Shown: positions 47,589 to 58,282, numbered from the stretch's first letter. The stretch: DNA of 64,000 nucleotides from Candidatus Culexmicrobium cathedralense (GCA_025061115.1 JANZKC010000001.1:480001-544000), one strand, 5' to 3'. Notes: a model not told the origin generated them from the letters alone. A program made the numbers and translations.

Positions 47589-48320
47589 CTAGCCCATATT
47601 CTTATCGTTCATGAATAGCGCTTTAATGCCCAAAGCCAGTGCAACCCTAGGAATAAGCGTTGGAACCCAGTACTTGGATTTGAGGAAAGCAGCATCCCTC
47701 ATGGAGAAGCCTATGCAGTCCATCACAACCAAGCTGACGTTTTCACCCTTAAACTTCAATGCAATTTCCTCTAAAACGCTAAACCTTTCACTCTCTGAAA
47801 TGTAGGGCGAAACGCTTTCAACCACGATTTTCCCGCACTTCACCCTAGACCACTTGGCATACCCCATCTTGACTTGAAGGCTGGATGGCATTATGACTCC
47901 GAGAACTTGATCAGCTGAAATCGACGACTCAACCAAACCCCTCAATATTGGCTCAGGCCTTACTAGCGGAACTTTAACCTTAAATGGTGGAAAAGTCCCT
48001 GAGCAGAGCAAGCCAATAGCATTGACGCCCAAGTCCTCCAAAAATCCAATCTTACCCTGCAGAAGCGGAATCAACCTATCCTTTGAAATCCTGACCTCCC
48101 TACCATCCCTAAGCCTGCTCACGTAAACCGTCTCACCAGCTTTGGGCGCAAGATCACCTATTTCCTCGGCAGTTAGGTCGTCGAGAGCCCCAGCCTCAAC
48201 AACTTGAAAATCCCTGCCGAGAATTGCCATTATCTCCGGAACAACATCAACCCTTGGAGATTGCCCAATAGTTAGCATTCCAACTCTCCAGACCATGCCC
48301 ACCACACACCTAACTAGCAC
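47589..48320 (-). CDS. AroM family protein
   Basis: TIGQSPR.D, GALD, SRLRDG, LLCSG.F, MDCIG. Confidence 0.88.
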   Translation of the reverse strand: MLVRCVVGMVWRVGMLTIGQSPRVDVVPEIMAILGRDFQVVEAGALDDLTAEEIGDLAPKAGETVYVSRLRDGREVRISKDRLIPLLQGKIGFLEDLGVNAIGLLCSGTFPPFKVKVPLVRPEPILRGLVESSISADQVLGVIMPSSLQVKMGYAKWSRVKCGKIVVESVSPYISESERFSVLEEIALKFKGENVSLVVMDCIGFSMRDAAFLKSKYWVPTLIPRVALALGIKALFMNDKNMG

Positions 48321-48425
48321 AACTCAACAAGATAACGGTTTTCCAAATTCATACTAATTCCGAAAAACTCGAATCAAATTCTTTATCTGCGCAGAGCACA
48401 TAACTTGACGTGAGGGCTGAACACC

Positions 48426-50393
48426 ATGAGAAAGCTAAAAGTTGAAGATTTCTCCAAAATAGTCCACGTAGCAGATCCCCAACTATCCCCAGATGGCAAA
48501 AAACTTGCACTTGTCACCGTAAGGCCAATGCTGGAGGAAAACAGGTACCAATACGAAATACTGGTTTATGACGTGGATACCGGCGATGCCCTTTACTCAA
48601 TATCCTCAAAGGAAGGCGACCAAACGCCAAAGTGGAGCCCAAGCGGCAAAAAGCTGCTATTCACATCCAGAAGGGGATTTAAGGAGGAGGATAAGGGCAA
48701 CGCAATATACCTTTCAGTACTAGCTGGGGAGCCAAGGCTAATTGCAAAGAAGAAGGAGGGATTCAGCCAAGCACGATTCCTCAATGAAAGCGAATTAATA
48801 GCCATATCCCCAACGCCAGTAAGGAAGATTGACGAAGACGGCGACTACGTCGAAATACGGGACATTCAGCCATGGTTCGACGGCTTAGGGTTCATCGACG
48901 AATATAGGAGGCAAGTCTACCTAATAGACGTGGAGTCAGGCCTATACAGACAGTTAACCACAAGCGAAAATGATGTCATATACGCTGCACCTTCAAATTC
49001 AGGCGATAAAATAGCATACATTAAAAGGGTTGACAAGAGAAAACCCATGATCACAGAAGTAAGAGTACTAGACATCAAGACAGGCGAGGACTTCCAAATC
49101 GTCGAGCCCAAATACAGCTTCATGAGCGTCGAGTGGAGCCCAAACGATGAATACCTAGCACTTCACGGAAACGACATGAAAAGAGGGCTTGCAAGCCACA
49201 ATCACATATGGATCACCTCAAGCACCACCCCAGCCAAGCCAGTAAACTTGACTGAAAAACTCAATAGAAACACGAGGCCAGCAATATCATGCGACATGCT
49301 CGGACCCTACAGAGCCTACTCCCCGCCTCAATGGCTAGAAGACGCCATTTACTTCATAGTTAACGATGGAGGGCGAGGCTGCCTGTGGAAAGTAGATTTA
49401 AGCGGCGAGCTCGAATGCATCTTGAAAGGCGAGTACGCAATATACAACTTCAGCATAGCAAGAAAAAGCAATAGAATAGCGCTACTAAAGGTCGACGCTG
49501 AAACTCCGCCTGAAATCTACATCCACGAAAAGGGAAGCTTAAGGAAATTTACGCACTTCAACGACTGGCTTAAAAATGAAGTCAAGTTCTCCCAGCCCCA
49601 CCACATGAAAGTTAAAGTCAGCGACGGAGCTGAAGTGGACGCCTGGTACTTGGAGCCAGTGGAGAAGAAGAAAGGCGAAAAGCACCCTGTAGTCGTATTC
49701 ATTCACGGCGGACCAAAGGCAGCATATGGGCCAGTGCTAAACTTCATGCACCAACTAATGGCTGCAAATGGATACTACGTGCTCTACTCAAACCCGAGAG
49801 GAAGCGACGGCTACACCGAAGAATTCGCAGACATACGAGGACATTACGGCGAAAGAGACTACAAGGACATAATGGAAGTCGTCGAATCATTCCTTAAAAG
49901 CGTTGAAGATGCAGATCCAGGAAGGCTTGGAGTAACGGGAATAAGCTACGGCGGATTCATGACAAACTGGATCGTAACTCAAACCGACAAGTTCAGAGCA
50001 GCAGTATCCGAAAATGGAATAGCCGACTGGATAACGGACTTCTGGGCAAGCGACATAGGATACTACTTCGACCCAGACCAAATAGGCGGCACCCCAATGG
50101 AAAACATAGACGGCTACATTAGGCAAAGCCCAGTATACCATGTTAAAAACGTTAAGACCCCAATCCTCCTAATCCACAGCATGGAGGACTACAGGTGCTT
50201 CATAGATCAGTCAACAGCCTTCCACATTGCTTTAAAGCTCTACGGCAAAGAATCTAGACTCATAGTATTCAAGAAGGGAAGCCACGGGCACAGCATCCTT
50301 GCAAAACCCAGACACAGGAAGAAGAGATATGAAATAGTATTGAAGTACTTCGATGAAAAGCTAGGCAAAAGCCGGAGGGAAAACTCAAAATAA
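48426..50393 (+). CDS. S9 family peptidase (acylaminoacyl peptidase-like)
   Basis: Beta-propeller repeats (SPDG, WSP), HGGP, NPRGS.GY, GISYGG, EDYRC, SHGH. Confidence 0.93.
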   Translation: MRKLKVEDFSKIVHVADPQLSPDGKKLALVTVRPMLEENRYQYEILVYDVDTGDALYSISSKEGDQTPKWSPSGKKLLFTSRRGFKEEDKGNAIYLSVLAGEPRLIAKKKEGFSQARFLNESELIAISPTPVRKIDEDGDYVEIRDIQPWFDGLGFIDEYRRQVYLIDVESGLYRQLTTSENDVIYAAPSNSGDKIAYIKRVDKRKPMITEVRVLDIKTGEDFQIVEPKYSFMSVEWSPNDEYLALHGNDMKRGLASHNHIWITSSTTPAKPVNLTEKLNRNTRPAISCDMLGPYRAYSPPQWLEDAIYFIVNDGGRGCLWKVDLSGELECILKGEYAIYNFSIARKSNRIALLKVDAETPPEIYIHEKGSLRKFTHFNDWLKNEVKFSQPHHMKVKVSDGAEVDAWYLEPVEKKKGEKHPVVVFIHGGPKAAYGPVLNFMHQLMAANGYYVLYSNPRGSDGYTEEFADIRGHYGERDYKDIMEVVESFLKSVEDADPGRLGVTGISYGGFMTNWIVTQTDKFRAAVSENGIADWITDFWASDIGYYFDPDQIGGTPMENIDGYIRQSPVYHVKNVKTPILLIHSMEDYRCFIDQSTAFHIALKLYGKESRLIVFKKGSHGHSILAKPRHRKKRYEIVLKYFDEKLGKSRRENSK

Positions 50394-50532
50394 CAACATG
50401 CAGCGAAGCTCAACCCAATTCCAAGCGGCACCGAGGTAAAAGCGAGAGAAATAGGTTCAACAGCCCAGTAACCATAGCTCCGAAACCCAGTAAAACTTAT
50501 TAGTCCTAAATCGGGTTTAACAGCTGAGAGCC

Positions 50533-50700
50533 TTGACGATTAAAATATATTGTGAACGATGCGGATTCACGTTCTACCGAGGCGATGAACTAACAAACCC
50601 TCAAGACATTATAAGAAGATATGGCGGGAGATGCCCACGCTGCTATAAGCCATTAAAGCTAGTTCCAAGCAAGGTGGCCATAAAAACATCAGAAGACTAG
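50533..50700 (+). CDS. Small Zn-ribbon protein, 55 aa (not in ORF track)
   Basis: TTG start; MTIKIYCERCGFTFYRGDELTNPQDIIRRYGGRCPRCYKPLKLVPSKVAIKTSED; two CxxC. Confidence 0.75.
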   Translation: MTIKIYCERCGFTFYRGDELTNPQDIIRRYGGRCPRCYKPLKLVPSKVAIKTSED

Positions 50701-51905
50701 CCGGGGCCAATGTGCCCACGGCGGGTTTGAGCAATCACAAAGCGAAGCCCAGCATCTTCAAGCAATTTCTTTGCCCTTTTCATCTCTGCGAAGCTCGGCC
50801 ACGCAATATCCCTCCTCCTAAACTCAGGCCTGTAATCTAAGAGGCAAACTTGAACTCCCGGATCCATCCTGGATATCTCAACTCCAATGCTGAAGAGCTC
50901 ATCATCAGTCATCCAGGCCGGATTATAAGGTATGCCAATCCCCAAAAACACGCGATCCGAATACTCATCCAATATGTACTTCACTGCACTCCAGGCAGTC
51001 TTCAAGTAATACTCAGCTAAACGCCTATCCTCAATTCCAGTTACATTCATGAAAGTCTCCAACCTCAACGCCTTCAAGTCAGCCCCAATATCAGTAACTC
51101 CGAATTCAATCAAATCATCAACATAATCCCTAGTCAATAGGGATGTATTAGTATCCAAGTGAAGTCTAGCCTTTTCATCCGGATTCAACTGCTTAAGCTC
51201 CTTGAAAAACTCCAGCAGCCACCTCCTATTCAAAGTGGGCTCACCACCCGATATCGCCATCCTATCAACACCAAAAGTTCTCCTAAGCATGGAGAGCTTT
51301 TCAGCAGCCTCCCTCGGTGAAAGAGGACTGAAGTTATTCCCATAAGTTATAACCCAATTTTGACATTGAGGGCAGCGGAAATTGCAGCCGTGAGCAAAGC
51401 AGGCGACTTCAATATAGCTCCCCCTAACCTTCAAGTGCCAAGGAGTGCCAACGCCGCCAACCGAATGAGGGGTAAATCCGGAAACTATCCTCACAGGCTC
51501 AAAAAAGCCCTCCAAATCCACCTTCAATCCATCTCTAACAGGCGTGGTGCATAACTGCCTTGGAAACCCATTTACTAGAGCAGCACAAGCATAGCAGCCG
51601 CCAGTCTCACATGGAGCATAAATATCACCTCCACCAGGCAATTTAGAAAAGCTATAGCCCAACAGCTGGAGAGCCAGCTTCAACGTGATCCTCTCTGGAA
51701 CCTGAAACTTCTCGCCATTAACAACTATGGTAACATTCCGCCTCTCCGAAAAATCCCTAACCCGCATAATAGCCTCATTAGGGCAGCCTAAAAGGCAAAC
51801 TTGACAGTCCACGCATTGATCTCTTCCGGGGCAGTCGATATGCCAAGTGCAGAAGCCGCAGCTTTCACACCTATCATAATTCACTACGCACTTGTAAAAC
51901 TCCAA
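50697..51905 (-). CDS. Radical SAM protein (PFL-activase-like) with N-terminal Fe-S domains
   Basis: CNFRCPQC, SGGEP, LDTN; N-terminal CESCGFC, CVDCQVCLLGCP and CETGGCYAC. Confidence 0.88.
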   Translation of the reverse strand: MEFYKCVVNYDRCESCGFCTWHIDCPGRDQCVDCQVCLLGCPNEAIMRVRDFSERRNVTIVVNGEKFQVPERITLKLALQLLGYSFSKLPGGGDIYAPCETGGCYACAALVNGFPRQLCTTPVRDGLKVDLEGFFEPVRIVSGFTPHSVGGVGTPWHLKVRGSYIEVACFAHGCNFRCPQCQNWVITYGNNFSPLSPREAAEKLSMLRRTFGVDRMAISGGEPTLNRRWLLEFFKELKQLNPDEKARLHLDTNTSLLTRDYVDDLIEFGVTDIGADLKALRLETFMNVTGIEDRRLAEYYLKTAWSAVKYILDEYSDRVFLGIGIPYNPAWMTDDELFSIGVEISRMDPGVQVCLLDYRPEFRRRDIAWPSFAEMKRAKKLLEDAGLRFVIAQTRRGHIGPG

Positions 51906-51968
51906 TCCAGCTCACCTAAACTCAATAATAATGTCCGCTTGCAGACCAATGAACTTGACGGCGGGACC

Positions 51969-51976
51969 TTTATAAA
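51969..51976 (+). promoter_or_regulatory. TATA box of rgy
   Basis: TTTATAAA about 30 nt upstream of ATG 52006. Confidence 0.55.
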
Positions 51977-52005
51977 TAAGTAAAAAGGGTAAGAGCCATG
52001 AGATT

Positions 52006-55000
52006 ATGAGAGAAAGGCTACATGCAGTGTTCAAGGAAGGATGCCCAAACTGCGGGGGAGAAATAGCAGATATAAGGCTTAAAAACAAGCTGCCATGCAG
52101 GTTTTGCATCCCCCTACCCGACGACGGGTTGATAGAAAAAATATCCAAGTTAAATGAAGTTGAAAGGCTCAAGTTCATCTTGAACCTACTTAAAAAGTTC
52201 AAGACCCTAAAGAATTATGGAAGCCTAGCTGCGCTGGAGGAGGAAGTTGCATCAGTAAATGAGCTATTTGAAAGGGCAACTGGAAGTAGGCTTTGGAGCG
52301 CGCAGAGAACGTGGTGTAGGAGAGCTTTAAGCGGGAAAAGCTTCGCGATAATCGCACCCACGGGCATGGGGAAAACCGTATTTGGAATAATTCTCTCAAT
52401 CTACTTCGCTTCGAAAGGGAAGAAGGCCTACATCCTCCTCCCCACATCGCTACTAGCCTACCAAGTTTCCTCCAAAGTTAAGAACTTCATAGAAAAATTA
52501 AAGTTAAACATCAAGGCGGTGGAGTACCACTCAATACTAACTAGAAGCAAAGCTAGAAAAGCACTTGAAGAAATAGCTGAAGGAGATTACGACATATTAA
52601 TAACAACCTCATACTTCCTGCCAAGGCACTTCGAAAAAATATCCAAGCAAAAATTCGACTTGATATTCGTAGACGACGTAGACTCGTTCATGAGAACATC
52701 AAAAAACGTCGACAAAGTCCTAGTTCTCCTAGGATTAAAGCAAGAAATCATAGAGCTTGGATTTCAAGCAATGAACTTGAGATCAAAGCTCAGAAAGCTT
52801 CTTAGAATGAGAAGAGCTCGCCAGGAAGACCTTAACCTGGTAAGGGAAGAGCTAATTAAAGTTGAAAATGAAATTGAAGATTACAAGAAAAATGAAAAAA
52901 TCGGATTACTCATAGTTTCAGGAGCATCCATAAGGACTAGAAGAACCAAGCGAGTCAAGCTGTTCAAGGAACTGCTCGGATTCGAGCTAGGAGGAAAAGC
53001 TGAAGGAATTAGGAACATAATTGACATGCACGTTAAGGCGGAAAGAGTCTTAGACAAAGTAGTGGAGCTAGTGAAAGAGCTCGGCGGAGGAGGACTAGTA
53101 TTTGTGCCAATGGACAAGGGAGCAGCCTACGTCAAAAGGGTGGCTGAAGCACTTGAAGCACAAGGCGTGAAGGCAGCCACCTATGAGAGAGCCAGAGGCA
53201 AAATCCTAGAAAGGTACAGGGCCGGAGAGTACGATGTGCTTGTCGGAATAGCGTCCTATAGAAGTCCACTGGCAAGAGGAATAGACCTACCTGAAAGAGT
53301 GAGATATGCAATTTTCGCCGGAGTGCCGAAGATAAAGATAAGCCTAGACATAGATGAGTTTAGGCCGTCAAAGGCAATAATACTTCTAGCAAATTTAAGG
53401 GACTTCGTTGAAACGCAAAGGGAAGTAGACTCAATAGACAAGTACATCGCAGATCTAAGAAGATTTTCAGGAATGCTGAGAAGAGATGAAATTGAAAAGA
53501 TAGTGGAGAGCATAAAGGCAGGCGAAAAGCTAGAAGGATTCCTTGGAAGAGTTCAGCAGCTATTCATGGAGGTCATAAGGTTCCTGCGAAGCTTATTAAG
53601 CAGAGATGACATTAGGAGGAAAATAAGGGAAAGCCCATACTTAACAATGGAAGGCGAATCAAAGCCAGTAATAGTCGTGCCAGATGCAGTTGGATTCCTG
53701 CAAGCTTCAGGTAGAACTTCAAGAATGTATGCAGGAGGAGTCTCCAAGGGGCTAGCGATAATAGTCATAGACAACGAAAAGGCGTTCAACGGGCTAGTAA
53801 GGGAGCTTAAATGGTACGTAGAGGACGTGAAGTTCACGGAGCTAACTCCAGAAAAACTCAGAAAGGCAATTCGCAAAGTCGATGAGGATAGGGAGATAAT
53901 AAGAAAGCTCCGCGAAGGCAGAGTACTGCCAGAATTCAAAGACGTTGTCAAGACAGCGCTACTAGTAGTAGAATCCCCAAGCAAAGCCCGAACAATAGCA
54001 AGATTCTTCGGAAAGCCATTTAAGAGGGAAATCAATGGAGTAACGATCTTCGAAATAAGCACTGGAGACTACATACTAAGCATAACTGCAAGCAAGGGCC
54101 ACATCTTCGACCTCGTAACCAAGGAGGGATTCCACGGAGTAAAACCAATAAATGGAACATTCATCCCAGTATACTCAACCATCAAGAGATGCAAGTTATG
54201 CAACGAGCAGTTCTCAGACCCAATCGATAAGTGCCCATTCTGCGGAGGACCGCTAGAAGACAAGGGCAAAGTAGTTCAAGTCCTAAGGGACATAGCCAGA
54301 GAGGTTGACATGCTCCTAATAGGAACGGATGCTGACGCTGAAGGAGAAAAAATTGGGTGGGACATAGCTCAAGCACTATCCCCATACACTGGAGAAATCA
54401 AGAGAATAGAGTTCCACGAAGTAACTAGAAGAGCGCTAATTGAAGCGCTTAGAAAACCAAGAGACATCAACATAAGGCTAGTTGAAGCACAAATACTGAG
54501 GAGAATAGAAGACAGGTGGATAGGATTCGAGCTAAGCGGAAAAGTTCAGGGCAAATTCAAGAGAAGAGACCTTTCGGCAGGAAGAGTGCAAACACCAGTG
54601 CTAGGATGGATAGTGGAGAGAACCGAAAAGTCCAAAAAAAGCCTAATGGAGCACCTCGAAATCACCCTGGAAAACGGGCTTAAGGTAACCCACATCATCC
54701 CAAAAATGAGGAAAAAGGAGCTAAACAAGCTAATCGAAAAAATTCGGAAATCCACATGTAAAGTGCTGAGCGTCAAACGCGAAGAAGTGGAAGTAAATCC
54801 CCCACCACCATTCTCGACAGATGAAATGCTCAGGGAAGCATCGAGAAGACTGAGGTTAGGAGTTAAGGAAGCCATGGCCCTAGCTCAAGACCTATTCGAA
54901 GTAGGCCTCATAACGTACCACAGAACCGACAGCATCAGAGTATCGGGAATAGGAATGAAGATAGCTAAAGACTACATAACCGACAAGTGGGGAGAAAAAT

Positions 55001-55695
55001 ACGCAAAGCCAAGAGCGTGGGGAAAGGAAGGAGCGCACGAGTGCATTAGGCCTACAAGGCCCATAGACGCTGGAAGACTCAAAAACCTAATAGCCCTAGG
55101 AATAATTAGGCTAGCTAAGAGACTCACCCCCAAGCACCTCGCCCTATACAATCTAATATTCAACAGATTCATAGCCAGCCAAATGGCCCCAGCAAAGATG
55201 GTTAAGCAAGAAGCTGAAATCAAGATCTTAAACTGGAAATTGAAGTCCGAGGGGTACACTAAGGTGATAGAGGCAGGATTCACTCTAATTCGGCCACCCC
55301 AGCTAATTCCAGAGCTAAAGCCAAGCAAGCTGAAAGTGGATAAAGTTAGGCACTGGAGAGCTCCAACACTACCTCTATTCACGGAGGGCGAAGTGATCAA
55401 GCTAATGAAGGATAGAGGCATTGGAAGGCCCTCAACGTACGCTAAAATACTCTCAACCCTACTGGAGAGGAGATACGTGATATTAACGCCGAGAAGAAAG
55501 CTCGTTGCAACCAAGCTTGGAAAAACAGTTTACGAATACCTGAAAAGATCATTCGAGAAGTATGTCTCGGAGGACACGACGAGGAAGCTTGAAAGAATGA
55601 TGGACGAAGTGGAGCATGGAGAAATAGATTACATGAAAGTACTGAAGGAGCTACACAGCGAAATCAAGCAAATAGCCATATCAACGCACGACTAG
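52006..55695 (+). CDS. rgy: Reverse gyrase
   Basis: N-terminal CPNC Zn finger, APTGMGKT, DDVD, QASGRTSR, VESPSKA, second Zn finger, SAGRVQTP, ITYHRTD, GIGRPSTY. Confidence 0.98.
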   Translation: MRERLHAVFKEGCPNCGGEIADIRLKNKLPCRFCIPLPDDGLIEKISKLNEVERLKFILNLLKKFKTLKNYGSLAALEEEVASVNELFERATGSRLWSAQRTWCRRALSGKSFAIIAPTGMGKTVFGIILSIYFASKGKKAYILLPTSLLAYQVSSKVKNFIEKLKLNIKAVEYHSILTRSKARKALEEIAEGDYDILITTSYFLPRHFEKISKQKFDLIFVDDVDSFMRTSKNVDKVLVLLGLKQEIIELGFQAMNLRSKLRKLLRMRRARQEDLNLVREELIKVENEIEDYKKNEKIGLLIVSGASIRTRRTKRVKLFKELLGFELGGKAEGIRNIIDMHVKAERVLDKVVELVKELGGGGLVFVPMDKGAAYVKRVAEALEAQGVKAATYERARGKILERYRAGEYDVLVGIASYRSPLARGIDLPERVRYAIFAGVPKIKISLDIDEFRPSKAIILLANLRDFVETQREVDSIDKYIADLRRFSGMLRRDEIEKIVESIKAGEKLEGFLGRVQQLFMEVIRFLRSLLSRDDIRRKIRESPYLTMEGESKPVIVVPDAVGFLQASGRTSRMYAGGVSKGLAIIVIDNEKAFNGLVRELKWYVEDVKFTELTPEKLRKAIRKVDEDREIIRKLREGRVLPEFKDVVKTALLVVESPSKARTIARFFGKPFKREINGVTIFEISTGDYILSITASKGHIFDLVTKEGFHGVKPINGTFIPVYSTIKRCKLCNEQFSDPIDKCPFCGGPLEDKGKVVQVLRDIAREVDMLLIGTDADAEGEKIGWDIAQALSPYTGEIKRIEFHEVTRRALIEALRKPRDINIRLVEAQILRRIEDRWIGFELSGKVQGKFKRRDLSAGRVQTPVLGWIVERTEKSKKSLMEHLEITLENGLKVTHIIPKMRKKELNKLIEKIRKSTCKVLSVKREEVEVNPPPPFSTDEMLREASRRLRLGVKEAMALAQDLFEVGLITYHRTDSIRVSGIGMKIAKDYITDKWGEKYAKPRAWGKEGAHECIRPTRPIDAGRLKNLIALGIIRLAKRLTPKHLALYNLIFNRFIASQMAPAKMVKQEAEIKILNWKLKSEGYTKVIEAGFTLIRPPQLIPELKPSKLKVDKVRHWRAPTLPLFTEGEVIKLMKDRGIGRPSTYAKILSTLLERRYVILTPRRKLVATKLGKTVYEYLKRSFEKYVSEDTTRKLERMMDEVEHGEIDYMKVLKELHSEIKQIAISTHD

Positions 55696-56501
55696 CGCTT
55701 ACCGCCTAGAAATCTAGTTAACTTGTAGTCCTTAGACCTGGATTCAACAACCTTCGCGCAAATTTTAGGGTCAAGCCTCTTAAACTCCAATCCAAGAGAC
55801 TTAAGCATAGCCAAAACCCCTCTATGAAGGCCTGGAGCAGTCAGAATCCCCCTAACCTCCCTAAACGGGCTCCTCCTCCTAATCTCCTCAACATACCTGG
55901 CAAGCTGGATAACTGCATCCTTATCTGCAGGCCTGCGCTTCAACTCGACGACGACAAATCTGCCAGCGGAATCTATGCCGTACAGGTCTATGAAGCCCGG
56001 CTCAACAGGCTTCTCATAACTTATAACCTTAAATCCCTCCTCAAGCAAGCTCGGCTTAAGCACGATCGCCCTCTGCATATCATGCTCAGAAGCGTAAAGA
56101 GCAAATTCACCCTCATCAACCAAATCCAAAGCCGACGAGAAGTATACGGCTTTAAAGAAGACGTCAACCACCTCGTGCGGGCTCTTTCTAACAGCTCTAA
56201 TTCTCAACAATCCATCCTTGGTCAAGTCTACGTGAAAAATGCAGCCTGGAGGCTGCCAATTAACGGGGCTCACATCCCAAGGCCTGTGAACTTGAATCGA
56301 CCCATCAACCTTCAAGATAACTATCCTTTCACCAAAATCCAAGGTCGAGGAGGCTCTACCCTTATAATCAACTCGGCACAACCCCACAATTAAAGCAACC
56401 TTCCTACGCTCAATAGCACTCCTAATGAAAACGACGGCTTCACCCAAGGGCGGGTCGATAATAACCTCAGCAGGGCTCCTCTTGCTCGGCAATTCAATCA
56501 C
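55692..56501 (-). CDS. nucS: Mismatch endonuclease NucS/EndoMS
   Basis: Y.GRASS.L, K.DGS..VH, PVNWQP, GFID, VVELKR, QLARY. Confidence 0.93.
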   Translation of the reverse strand: MIELPSKRSPAEVIIDPPLGEAVVFIRSAIERRKVALIVGLCRVDYKGRASSTLDFGERIVILKVDGSIQVHRPWDVSPVNWQPPGCIFHVDLTKDGLLRIRAVRKSPHEVVDVFFKAVYFSSALDLVDEGEFALYASEHDMQRAIVLKPSLLEEGFKVISYEKPVEPGFIDLYGIDSAGRFVVVELKRRPADKDAVIQLARYVEEIRRRSPFREVRGILTAPGLHRGVLAMLKSLGLEFKRLDPKICAKVVESRSKDYKLTRFLGGKR

Positions 56502-56549
56502 GACTAAATATCTAGATCATAGAAATTTAAAGGTGGAGGCTGCCAATCG

Positions 56550-57146
56550 ATGATTAAAAGGCAGGTAAAAGTCAAGTACGACACGACCGCCCCATCCTAC
56601 GACGAGCTATACGGCGAAGAGCAGAAGAGAAAGTACAATGCTATTTTCAAGGAATTCGGCAGCATAAAGGGCAAGAAGGTGCTGGATGCTGGCTGCGGAA
56701 CAGGCATCCTAATGGAGCAAATATCCCCTAAGTGCAATTACGTAGTTGGAGTCGACATATCCAGTGGAATGCTCAAAATAGCTAAAAGGAAATTAAAGGG
56801 AAAAGCAAATGCGTCACTAATATTAGCGGATGTAGAGAACCTTCCAGTCAAAAGACGGCAATTCGACCTCGCACTAGCAATAACACTAATACAGAACACT
56901 CCAAACCCCCAAAGGGCCCTAAAGGAACTGAGGGAAGCCCTAAGTGAGAATGGAACGCTAATATTCACTGGCATGAAAAAGCTCTTCACACCAAACAGCC
57001 TAAAAAAGCTCGCAGCTCAATCTCAGCTCAAAATAATGAAGCTGATAAATGAAAAGGGAGTTGCAGATGTAATCTGCATATGCAAAAGCACTTCAGGCGA
57101 GGTTGAAAGCCACATTAGCCTAGAAGCCCACTTAAATCACCATTAG
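56550..57146 (+). CDS. Class I SAM-dependent methyltransferase
   Basis: VLDAGCGTG, GVDIS..ML, ADVENLP. Confidence 0.88.
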   Translation: MIKRQVKVKYDTTAPSYDELYGEEQKRKYNAIFKEFGSIKGKKVLDAGCGTGILMEQISPKCNYVVGVDISSGMLKIAKRKLKGKANASLILADVENLPVKRRQFDLALAITLIQNTPNPQRALKELREALSENGTLIFTGMKKLFTPNSLKKLAAQSQLKIMKLINEKGVADVICICKSTSGEVESHISLEAHLNHH

Positions 57147-58280
57147 CTCTATCGGGTACTCATCCAACACTTCAGCACCATCATCCGTCACCACCACATC
57201 ACGCTCAACTCTAACTCCACCAACCTCTGGAACGTATATTCCCGGCTCAACAGTAACGACCATCCCAGGCTTAAGCACAGTTTTATCAGTCGAAGACAAC
57301 CTGGGAGATTCATGAACGCTCAGCCCAATCCCATGGCCAGTTGAGTGGATGAAGTATTCCCCGAATCCAGCATCAACAATAACTTTCCTGGCAGCCCTAT
57401 CAACTTCGGCACAAGAGACCCCAGGCCTAATCGATGAAATTGCAGCTTCAAGCGCTTCAACGACCACCTCATACATTCTCAGCTGCTTACTTGAGGGGTA
57501 GCCTACAACCGCCACTCGAGTCAAGTCGCCATAATACCAATTGCAAGCCGCTACGAAATCGAGCACCACAAGCTCTCCACGGCCAATCGCCTTGGAGGAC
57601 GCCCTGCCATGAGGCAAGGCCGATCGAAATCCCGAAGCCACAATCGGCATCTTAAAAACTCCAGTACCTCCGGAGGCAATCATAACTTTGAGAGCCTCAG
57701 CAGCAACCTCCACTTCAGTAACTCCAGCTTTAATCACGTCAGCTGCAGCACTAAAAGCCCTGGAAATTATCTTCGTAGCTCTCCTAATATTCTCAACTTC
57801 AAGCTCATCCTTCACTTGCCTAAACCCCAACACTAAACCTGAAACATCCCTAAACTCGGCCTCAGGCAGCTTCCTAAAAAGCCTCTCAGAAAAGCTCCTA
57901 GACAAGTGATCAGCTTCAAAGCCTATGACTGACGATGAAAAGCCATGCTCAGAAATTACTTGACATACCGCATCGAGGAGGCTTGAGCTCCTAAAAACCT
58001 GCGGCGGCGGATTAGAAACATCGTACGGCAGGTACGCTAAAACCTCATCAGACCAAGTCTCAGCTTTCGCTCGCTCATACTCCAGAAATGAACACACGGT
58101 TACAACTTTCCCCTCGGAAGTCAGAAGCGCAGCTGCGTAGTCTATTAGGTTTCCAGCTACGTAGCATAGATTTTCATTCGAAAAGAAGACTGCAACATCA
58201 ACACCGAAGTCCTTCATCGCATTTGCCAAGCGCTTAATTCTCGCAGGCTTCTCCACCCAAATCACCGCGAACAGTATCAA
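57132..58280 (-). CDS. Xaa-Pro peptidase (M24B)
   Basis: LPHG, LD...GDLTR, HSTGHGIGL.VHE, EPGIY, GVRVE. Confidence 0.92.
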   Translation of the reverse strand: MILFAVIWVEKPARIKRLANAMKDFGVDVAVFFSNENLCYVAGNLIDYAAALLTSEGKVVTVCSFLEYERAKAETWSDEVLAYLPYDVSNPPPQVFRSSSLLDAVCQVISEHGFSSSVIGFEADHLSRSFSERLFRKLPEAEFRDVSGLVLGFRQVKDELEVENIRRATKIISRAFSAAADVIKAGVTEVEVAAEALKVMIASGGTGVFKMPIVASGFRSALPHGRASSKAIGRGELVVLDFVAACNWYYGDLTRVAVVGYPSSKQLRMYEVVVEALEAAISSIRPGVSCAEVDRAARKVIVDAGFGEYFIHSTGHGIGLSVHESPRLSSTDKTVLKPGMVVTVEPGIYVPEVGGVRVERDVVVTDDGAEVLDEYPIELMVI

Positions 58281-58282
58281 GC

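Noticed and set aside
50394-50500. Hydrophobic minus-strand reading frame after the S9 peptidase
   Set aside because: No clear start or homology; at most a decayed fragment
52006-55695. Inteins in reverse gyrase, topA or ligase
   Set aside because: Normal lengths, contiguous motifs and no C...HN junctions
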